Part shown: positions 55,866-62,253 of the stretch, piece by piece | Layout: each line of letters opens with the position of its first letter | Numbering within the stretch: the first letter of the stretch is position 1 | Assembly: GCA_041685915.1 (NCBI GenBank) | Contig: JAWLEV010000002.1 | Coordinates: forward strand, 1 to 62,253 | DNA: 62,253 nt | Source: Anaerolineae bacterium | GTDB taxonomy: Bacteria > Chloroflexota > Anaerolineae > UBA1429 | Reading direction: 5' to 3' | Position numbers and translations under genes: made by a program | The notes under the pieces: model-generated | The model's database searches: none | What the model was told of the DNA's origin: nothing | Seen by the model: only the letters and a program-made list of their open reading frames with translations

Positions 55866-56627
55866 ATGACCATGGAGTTGCTGCGCGAGGGAGCCGACGA
55901 TCTGGGGCTCACCCTCAGTCCGAAGCATATCGAGATGTTTGAGCGCTATTATCACGAGTTGAAAAAGTGGAATGACCGTTTCAACCTCACGGCCATCACA
56001 GGATACCAGGAGGTGCAGGTCAAGCACTTTTTGGATTCCCTGAGCTGCTTTTTGGCCTTTCCTGGCGGGACCGTGGGGCCCCTTCCCAACCGCATCCCCC
56101 TGCAACTCGACAGGAGACATATCCGGTGTATGGACGTGGGCAGCGGGGGCGGCTTTCCCGGCCTTGCCCTCAAGGTCCTCGCCCCTGACATACGGATGAC
56201 CCTCGTGGATTCCACGCGCAAAAAGGTGGGCTTTATCAGGCATATGATCGAGGTACTGGAACTGGAGGACGCGGAGGCCATCCACGCCCGCGCCGAGGAA
56301 CTCGGACAGGCGCCTCAGCACCGGGAACAGTACGACATTGTGCTGGCCCGCGCCGTGGCCCACCTGCCCATTCTGTGCGAATACTGTCTCCCCCTCTGCC
56401 GCGTGGGTGGGCGCATGATAGCCCTCAAGGGCCAAGAGGCCCATGAGGAGGCCGAGGCCAGCCAAGAGGCCCTCGATGTCCTGGGGGGGACCCTGGTGGA
56501 GATAAAATCCGTCACCCTGCCCATTCTGGGATCGGGACATCACCTGATAGCCATCGACAAGACGGCGCCGACACCGAAAAAGTATCCCCGTCGCCCCGGC
56601 ATGCCCGAAAAGAGGCCTCTCTCTTGA
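55866..56627 (+). CDS. rsmG: 16S rRNA (guanine527-N7)-methyltransferase RsmG (GidB)
   Basis: NLTAITGYQEVQVKHFLDS and SAM motif DVGSGGGFPGLALKV. Confidence 0.85.
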   Translation: MTMELLREGADDLGLTLSPKHIEMFERYYHELKKWNDRFNLTAITGYQEVQVKHFLDSLSCFLAFPGGTVGPLPNRIPLQLDRRHIRCMDVGSGGGFPGLALKVLAPDIRMTLVDSTRKKVGFIRHMIEVLELEDAEAIHARAEELGQAPQHREQYDIVLARAVAHLPILCEYCLPLCRVGGRMIALKGQEAHEEAEASQEALDVLGGTLVEIKSVTLPILGSGHHLIAIDKTAPTPKKYPRRPGMPEKRPLS

Positions 56628-56636
56628 GGAAATCCC

Positions 56637-57848
56637 TCACTCCAGGGGGCGAATCGAGCCCTCCACCACCTGCCACGTGACGGCGCGTTCGAGAAAGGCC
56701 TCTGAAAAATAGCCCACGTCGGTGGTGGTGACAAAGACCTGCTGCGCGCGGGAGATGGTATCCAGCAGGAGACAGGAGCGCACCTGATCCAGTTCGGACA
56801 ACACATCATCCAGGAGCAGGACGGGCATCTCGCCGATCTCTCCGTGTATGAGGGCCACCTCGGCGAGTTTCAGGGCCAGGGCCACGGTGCGCTGCTGCCC
56901 CCGGGAGCAATAGGTCGTCGCATCGACGCCGTTCACCCAGAAGCGCAGATCGTCGCGGTGGGGGCCGAGGATGGTGACGCCGCGCTCGATCTCTTCATCG
57001 CGAATTCGATGCAGGGTGCGCAAAAAGATCTCCTCCAGACGCGATAGGGCGTCCTCGTCCAGCAGCGCCAGATCATCCTCCTTGTACCAATCCTCCTGTT
57101 CGCTGAGGGTAGATTTTTCCGCCAGCGTGCTCTCGTAGGTGAGGGTCAGTTCCTCGGCCTCCCCGGTCAGCGCCATCTGCCTCTGCCTGGCGTCGGCGTC
57201 CAGTTCCCTCGTGGCCCAGAAACGGCGGGCAAGCACGGGGGCGGCGAGGCCGGCGAGCTGCTCATCCCAATAGTCGAGTTGCCCCGCGCCCGTGAGGTTC
57301 TCCCGTACCTGGCGCAACAGGGCATTGCGCTGCCTTATGACGCGGTTGTAGCGCGAAAGGGCCTGGCAGTAATGGGCGTCTATCTGACAGAGGAGGATAT
57401 CCATGTAGCGCCGTCGTTCGGAGGGGGAGCCGGATACGATGGTGATGTCCTCGGGGAAAAAGAGCACGGTGCTGAGCCTGCCCACCACATCAAAGGCGCG
57501 CTTCTCCACGCCGTCCAGTTCGATCCGGCGGTGGTAGGAGAAATCCCGCGATCCCTCCACTGGCTCCTTGACGATGGTCATCCCCAGGGTGTGATCCTCT
57601 TCCTCCCGTACAAAGACGGCCTCAATGTCCGTGTGAGGGATGACCTCCTCATGGGCGCCAAAGCGCATAAGCTCGCTGTAGGTGGAGGCGCGAGGGGATT
57701 TTGTTGTGGACAGGTAGTAGATGGTCTCCAGAAAATTCGTCTTTCCCTGAGCATTCTGGCCCTGGAGGACGTTGATACGCGGGGGAAACTCCAGGTCCAG
57801 ATCCGCGTAATTGCGGAAATTCTCAAGGGAAAGACGCCTGACGTACAT
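56637..57848 (-). CDS. recF: DNA replication and repair protein RecF
   Basis: MYVRRLSLENFRNY, Walker A GQNAQGKTNFLE, signature and Walker B LLLDDVLSELD; directly downstream of dnaN. Confidence 0.9.
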   Translation of the reverse strand: MYVRRLSLENFRNYADLDLEFPPRINVLQGQNAQGKTNFLETIYYLSTTKSPRASTYSELMRFGAHEEVIPHTDIEAVFVREEEDHTLGMTIVKEPVEGSRDFSYHRRIELDGVEKRAFDVVGRLSTVLFFPEDITIVSGSPSERRRYMDILLCQIDAHYCQALSRYNRVIRQRNALLRQVRENLTGAGQLDYWDEQLAGLAAPVLARRFWATRELDADARQRQMALTGEAEELTLTYESTLAEKSTLSEQEDWYKEDDLALLDEDALSRLEEIFLRTLHRIRDEEIERGVTILGPHRDDLRFWVNGVDATTYCSRGQQRTVALALKLAEVALIHGEIGEMPVLLLDDVLSELDQVRSCLLLDTISRAQQVFVTTTDVGYFSEAFLERAVTWQVVEGSIRPLE

Positions 57849-57853
57849 GGAAG

Positions 57854-58987
57854 TTATTGAGAGATATGCATGGGCATGATGATATGAACAAAGTCCTCGC
57901 CGCCCACCGGCTTTAGGACGCCCGGGCTCGATGAATCCGAGGTCTCCAGCGAGACCTGGGCCGTGTCCATGATGCTCAGAGCATCGATGCAGTAGCGGGC
58001 GTTAAAGGCGACCTCGATGGGCTCGCCCTCCACGTTCACGTCCAGTTCGCTGACATTGTCCCCGTGCTCTGCCGAGGTCGCCGAGATGATCAGGCGCCCC
58101 GCGTCCGCCGATTCGTTGGGCACCACCTGAAAGCGCACGATATTGGCTGCGTCCCGGGCAAAGATAAAGGCCATGCGCACGGCTTTTAGAAAATCGGCCG
58201 TACCCAGGATGACGCGGGTATTGTGATCGCTGGGGATGATCTGCTGATAGTCCGGGAAGGTGCCCTCCACGAGTTGGGACACCAGGTGGACATTCTCCAG
58301 CTTGAAAAAGACCTGATTCCTGTCCGCGGAGACGATCATCTCGATGGGCTCCTCCTGCTCCGCGCTGACGCGGCGGAGTTCCTGCAGGGCCCTGGCCGGC
58401 ACGATGAGCGACATCTCCCCCTCCACCTCGTTCTCCAGCACGGTGGAACTTACGGAGAGGCGATAGCCATCGGCGGCGGCAAAGGTGAGGTCCTGCCCCG
58501 CGATATCCATCAATACGCCGGTGAGGACGGGTCGACTCTCATCGGTGGCGGCGGCAAAGGCCACCTGCTCTACCATACGGCGCAGGAGATCGGGGGCGAT
58601 GGAGACGGCATCGTCCTCCTCCGGTACCTCCACGCGGGGGAATTCCTGGGCGTCGATCCCCTTGATATTGGCCTCAAAGCGACCGCTTTTCAGGTTCAGT
58701 GTCTGGGTGCGGGAGACCAACTCCAGTTCCATGGGCCCCGGCGGCAACGAGTTGACGAAATCGGAAAGCAGGCGCGCGGGCACCGTGACGGCGCCTTCTT
58801 GCTCAACCTGTGCCCCGATCCAACAGTTGATGCCCAGTTCCAGGTCCGTCGCCGAGAGCTTGAGGCGGGACGCGTCCGTAGACATGAGGATGTTGGACAG
58901 GACGGGGAGCGTGCTGCGGGTGGCCACAGCACGGCTCACCACCGACAGTCCATCAGCTAGGTTCTCTTGCAAGCAGGAGAGTTTCAT
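57854..58987 (-). CDS. dnaN: DNA polymerase III beta sliding clamp
   Basis: 377 aa, MKLSCLQENLADGLSVVSRAVATRSTLPVLSNILM, three-domain clamp length, followed by recF. Confidence 0.9.
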   Translation of the reverse strand: MKLSCLQENLADGLSVVSRAVATRSTLPVLSNILMSTDASRLKLSATDLELGINCWIGAQVEQEGAVTVPARLLSDFVNSLPPGPMELELVSRTQTLNLKSGRFEANIKGIDAQEFPRVEVPEEDDAVSIAPDLLRRMVEQVAFAAATDESRPVLTGVLMDIAGQDLTFAAADGYRLSVSSTVLENEVEGEMSLIVPARALQELRRVSAEQEEPIEMIVSADRNQVFFKLENVHLVSQLVEGTFPDYQQIIPSDHNTRVILGTADFLKAVRMAFIFARDAANIVRFQVVPNESADAGRLIISATSAEHGDNVSELDVNVEGEPIEVAFNARYCIDALSIMDTAQVSLETSDSSSPGVLKPVGGEDFVHIIMPMHISQ

Positions 58988-59104
58988 CAGTTGACCTCCT
59001 CAGACAATAAGCACAAAGAAAGTATAGACACAGTCATACGGTGCGTCAACTGAAAGCGACGTCCGTACGCATATGTTCTTCCATTGCAGAAACGCTGTCG
59101 AGCG

Positions 59105-59785
59105 CTAGAATCCACGTTGCTGTCCCTCCCAAGGTGGATCGACGCCCTCCTGGAGTTCCTCGACGCTTGGGCCACCCAGATCTCGCAGTCGCCACGTACC
59201 ATATAGATAGCTGAGAACCAGCAACACGATGGTCGCTGGCCATCCCATGACGAGACTGAATATACCGAGAACTGCGGTCCCCGCCTGGCGAAAGAGGAAC
59301 CACTGGAGTGCCAAACGCAAGGCAAAGAAAATCGCCCAGGCCAGCGTCACCTCGCTGTAGGACGGCCGCACTTTGGGGTGCCAGTACCATTCCAGAGGCC
59401 AGCCTCGCGCTAGGTGGCTGGTAAAGGCCACCAAGGGGCGTCCTGCGATCACGCTTATGATACAGATCAGGGTGGTGAGGCCTCCGCTGATCAGGCTGGG
59501 GAAAAAATATCCCGCTGCCCCCTCGCTGAGCCGCACGGACAGGATGGCGAGCCCCGTTGCGCCAAGACCACCGAGGGCGTACCCCAGTTTTTGCTTGCGG
59601 ATCAGAGAGAGCCCACCCAGCACACCGGCGACTGCCAACGAGGCCCAGCTAGCGACCGCGAATCCCGTCAGGGCATTCAGAAGCAAGAACGCCACCGGTG
59701 GCAAGGCCGCCTCAATCATGTTGCTGCGCCCGGCGACGACGGTGCGAAACTCTTCTGAGACCTCTTGGAATTTTTTATGTGCCAA
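59105..59785 (-). CDS. Integral membrane protein (DUF3159-like)
   Basis: 226 aa with about 6 TM helices. The family name is from recollection only. Confidence 0.5.
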   Translation of the reverse strand: MAHKKFQEVSEEFRTVVAGRSNMIEAALPPVAFLLLNALTGFAVASWASLAVAGVLGGLSLIRKQKLGYALGGLGATGLAILSVRLSEGAAGYFFPSLISGGLTTLICIISVIAGRPLVAFTSHLARGWPLEWYWHPKVRPSYSEVTLAWAIFFALRLALQWFLFRQAGTAVLGIFSLVMGWPATIVLLVLSYLYGTWRLRDLGGPSVEELQEGVDPPWEGQQRGF

Positions 59786-59918
59786 GATCGCTCCCCCACA
59801 CTATGCACAATCGCCCCACGTCGACGGGCACACAGCCCCACAAGAGGCAGGGCTGGTTTCGGCATCCACCAGCCCCTTTGCGCCTCTGTAGTCTCTGGAT
59901 GGAGCGAGACATCACATT

Positions 59919-60713
59919 CTACCGCAGGCGCAAAAGGAGCCGGGTGCCCGCCACGCCCATGATCACCAGGGCCAGCATCAATCCCACCAGGGGCAGGGCG
60001 GTGCCGCCGCCCGTATCCGGAAGCCTGGTCTCCTCCTCGATCTCTTTTTCCGGCGTCGCCTCCTCGGAGATGGCCTCCTTGCGGCTTGGGCCTACCAGGC
60101 TGACGGCGTCGATATTGACGTTCGCCTCCTCGTCCACGGTGGGAAACTTTTTCCAGAGGCGGATAAAGACGGTCATCCTGTGGCCGGTGGCCGTCACCCC
60201 CTGAGCGTGGGACTGCATGGGGCCGGGATTCCTTAGTTCGTACTCGGGCCAATCCAGCTGCGTCCATTCCGTCACCACGTTGGGATCGGTACCCCCCTCG
60301 GGGTCGAATCCTACCTGGAGGCGATAGTTCCACCGCGATTCGGTCTCTGTGCCCTCGGTGCTGCGCACCAGACCATAAAGGCTGAACATATACCGGGCAT
60401 CGGGGACCACGTCCACCACCTGGTACAGGCCCATATAGCGATCGGGCTCGCTGCCCCCCACACCCCTGGTGTGCAGGGTCATCAGTTGTGAATACTCGCC
60501 GTCAAAGACCACGGGCTCTCGCGGATCGGGCTGATAGCTGTAGGTGGCGGGACCGCCGTTGTTGAACGTCCCCCAGTGCTCGCCCACGCCGTCGACGAAT
60601 CCCTTCTCAAAACTGCCGTTCTTGATGACGTTGACGGACTCGGCCGAGACGCCGCCCGCTGCCATGAGGGTGAGGGCGCACAGGGCGCACAAAACAGCGA
60701 TTCTCTTTGGCAT
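59919..60713 (-). CDS. LPXTG-anchored secreted protein with CBM4/9-like jelly-roll domain
   Basis: Signal peptide MPKRIAVLCALCALTLMAAGGVSA, NGSFEKGF...NIDAVSL CBM-like domain, C-terminal LPDTG plus hydrophobic helix plus RLLLRLR. ATG at 60713 after AGGAGAG. Confidence 0.75.
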   Translation of the reverse strand: MPKRIAVLCALCALTLMAAGGVSAESVNVIKNGSFEKGFVDGVGEHWGTFNNGGPATYSYQPDPREPVVFDGEYSQLMTLHTRGVGGSEPDRYMGLYQVVDVVPDARYMFSLYGLVRSTEGTETESRWNYRLQVGFDPEGGTDPNVVTEWTQLDWPEYELRNPGPMQSHAQGVTATGHRMTVFIRLWKKFPTVDEEANVNIDAVSLVGPSRKEAISEEATPEKEIEEETRLPDTGGGTALPLVGLMLALVIMGVAGTRLLLRLR

Positions 60714-60779
60714 CTGCAGCTCTCCTATCCGGGACGATCCAAACGATCTCTGCCCATCTCTGTTCGAGAGTACAGGACC

Positions 60780-60808
60780 ATTATACCCCCTGCGCTCCCT
60801 CTGTTCAA
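60780..60808 (-). promoter_or_regulatory. sigma70-like promoter of the LPXTG-protein gene
   Basis: On the minus strand: TTGAAC (60803-60808), 17-nt spacer, TATAAT (60780-60785). Confidence 0.5.
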
Positions 60809-60900
60809 GCGACAGTGAGGGCAGGGGTGCACCAAGTCTGTTAGAAGGACCAGAAACGTCAGCAGGAAGAAACTGACGGGGCTGAAGTGGCGTGAGCGCA

Positions 60901-61098
60901 GCTTTGGACGCTGCCCAAACGCGTCGACCTGCGTCGACGCTCGGCGCGAAGTGCCTTAGCGCTGGGCTTCGGACCGAGCATTTTCGGACGTTCGTTCCCC
61001 GGCTTTCGCCGTCTGAAGCCAGCTCGTGAGGCCTTACGGCCAATCGTCCGCCTGCGCGGACGAGAGATGGCTAATGATCTACAATATTTGTGTACACC
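60901..61098 (-). repeat. Noncoding repeat element, copy B (inverted relative to copy A)
   Basis: The reverse complement aligns with 49421-49668 apart from the 53-nt insertion in copy A. Weaker similarity continues to about 60800. Confidence 0.8.
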
Positions 61099-61282
61099 TT
61101 GCGAGCAGCATCAAATCGAAACAGATTTATCTATGGGCGAGACGGTCGGCCAGATATGGGGCCATAGGCAGAAAACGGGTTCGTTTCGTAAAAACGGATC
61201 CGTCTCACAACAGGCGGTGTGGGGCAATGTTGGGATAGAAGATGTGAACACACACAGCACGCATACACCCCCAGTCGGTACT

Positions 61283-61296
61283 AGAACATATGTTCT
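61283..61296. promoter_or_regulatory. LexA-box-like palindrome (GAAC-N4-GTTC type)
   Basis: AGAACATATGTTCT is a perfect 14-bp palindrome in a low-GC intergenic region. No obvious SOS gene is adjacent. Confidence 0.3.
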
Positions 61297-61459
61297 AATG
61301 TACTTCGATATCTGCAGACTTCAAAAAGGGAGGAACGTCTTGCATGATCGTGTCCCGTCGTGAACGGGTGGGGCTGGCATTCCATTCACGGTCTCAGGGA
61401 GGCGGACGGTCGCGTCGGACCAACGACATTTGCGCGCACCTCAGTTCACGGTACGGGCG

Positions 61460-62253
61460 CTATTTAAAGATATAGACGCCGTTCTCGATGGGCCACAGGG
61501 TGTCGCAGCGGGGGCATAGGAGCCCCCCCTCCACGCGCTCCAGGGGGGCGCATTCGCACTGGGGGCAGCAAAAGAGCGCTTCGGGCGTGACAGGAAGATG
61601 CTCCCCCGGTTTTTGTGCCGTTGTGTGCAGGAACACGCTGGGCCCCAGGGTGAGGGGGGCGGCGATCATCTGCAGGGCCGCGTCCATACGGGCGAGAAAA
61701 GAGGGGGGAAGGACGCGCTTGAATAGGTTGGCGCGAAATAGGGAGACGGACAGGCGCTCCCGGACGTCGAACCCGGTCCGTTCTAACTCTCCCTCTACCC
61801 AGGCGGGGTGAAAATCGTAATGCAGGGGCGCGAACTCGTAGGGCTGCCGATCAAAGGGATTGACGCTGTGGCCCACCAGAAAGCGGAGGATATTCTTCAG
61901 GTGCCGTTTGTTGGCGAACTCGAGGATGAAGGTGCTCTGGGGGCACAGGACGCGGCGCACCCGGGCCAGGGCCGCGGGCACGTCGGCGATGTGGTGCAGG
62001 ACACGGACCATGACAGCCACGTCCACGGCGTTGGGGGCCAGGGGCAGGCGATAGATGTCGGCGGCCACGTAGGTAAAGCCCTCGTCGCCCAGGCGCGAGC
62101 GGGCGTACTCCAACTGGGACTGGGAATAGTCCAGGAGGATCACCTCATCGTATCCCCGATACATGGAGGCCAGGCGTCCGAACCCGGCCCCGATATCGAG
62201 CAGGCGCCGGCCGGAGGGGGGCAGGAGCCGCCGCAGGGCAAAGCGTTCCGCCC
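61460..62253 (-). CDS. Class I SAM-dependent methyltransferase with C-terminal Trm112-like zinc ribbon (5-prime partial; runs off the window)
   Basis: The frame stays open to the window edge and encodes LLDIGAGFGRL (SAM motif I) upstream of the listed Met. The C-terminus reads CPQCECAPL...CPRCDTLWPIENGVYIF. Confidence 0.75.
   Translation of the reverse strand, partial: AERFALRRLLPPSGRRLLDIGAGFGRLASMYRGYDEVILLDYSQSQLEYARSRLGDEGFTYVAADIYRLPLAPNAVDVAVMVRVLHHIADVPAALARVRRVLCPQSTFILEFANKRHLKNILRFLVGHSVNPFDRQPYEFAPLHYDFHPAWVEGELERTGFDVRERLSVSLFRANLFKRVLPPSFLARMDAALQMIAAPLTLGPSVFLHTTAQKPGEHLPVTPEALFCCPQCECAPLERVEGGLLCPRCDTLWPIENGVYIFK

Noticed and set aside
58988-59104. Searched the dnaN upstream region for DnaA boxes or a dnaA remnant.
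   Set aside because: No TTATCCACA-like 9-mers or dnaA-like coding remnants are visible. The upstream gene is an intact membrane protein.

Overview
This is a 62.25-kb, gene-dense chromosomal window of roughly 60% GC. The bacterium looks monoderm-type: it has an LCP protein, an LPXTG sortase substrate, a BY-kinase, rpsU-yqeY-pgpH-dgkA synteny and a DUF948-YtxH pair. My guess is Chloroflexota or a high-GC Firmicutes-like lineage, which cannot be verified here. I call about 58 protein genes and one tRNA-Ser(CGA). I see no rRNA, CRISPR array, transposase or integrase.

Layout:
- (i) 0.2-11.3 kb holds tRNA-Ser, tadA, a 516-bp ORF-free gap with five perfect DnaA boxes plus an AT-rich tract (candidate oriC), and then envelope and housekeeping genes.
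- (ii) 11.7-34.3 kb holds 21 co-directional minus-strand genes forming a catabolic supercluster. It includes a CUT1 ABC importer, two enolase-superfamily enzymes, a SelA-like PLP enzyme, ferredoxin plus tungsten-type aldehyde:ferredoxin oxidoreductase (AOR), a D-threonine-aldolase-like PLP enzyme, tandem RidA genes, an amidohydrolase, a GH42 beta-galactosidase, a creatininase-like protein, a split transketolase, an FGGY kinase and a FucI-like isomerase. It has no regulator gene.
- (iii) 34.6-44.9 kb holds a lipoprotein hydrolase, a BioD/DRTGG protein, iscR-nifS-nifU-mnmA, small membrane proteins, nnr and an aminotransferase.
- (iv) 45-49.3 kb holds a second enolase-superfamily/DapA-like cluster, interrupted by a phd-vapC cassette flanked by about 48-bp direct repeats.
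- (v) 49.4-61.1 kb holds udg-rnj-ftsK-glcD-rsmG convergent with dnaN-recF. dnaN has no dnaA upstream. The block is bracketed by two diverged, inward-facing copies of a noncoding element about 200-330 bp long.
- (vi) The window ends with a partial methyltransferase.

The best leads are the DnaA-box cluster, the repeat family bracketing the dnaN block, the toxin-antitoxin (TA) insertion footprint, and the unusual enzyme mix of the catabolic supercluster. All functional calls rest on motifs read by eye. No database search was possible.
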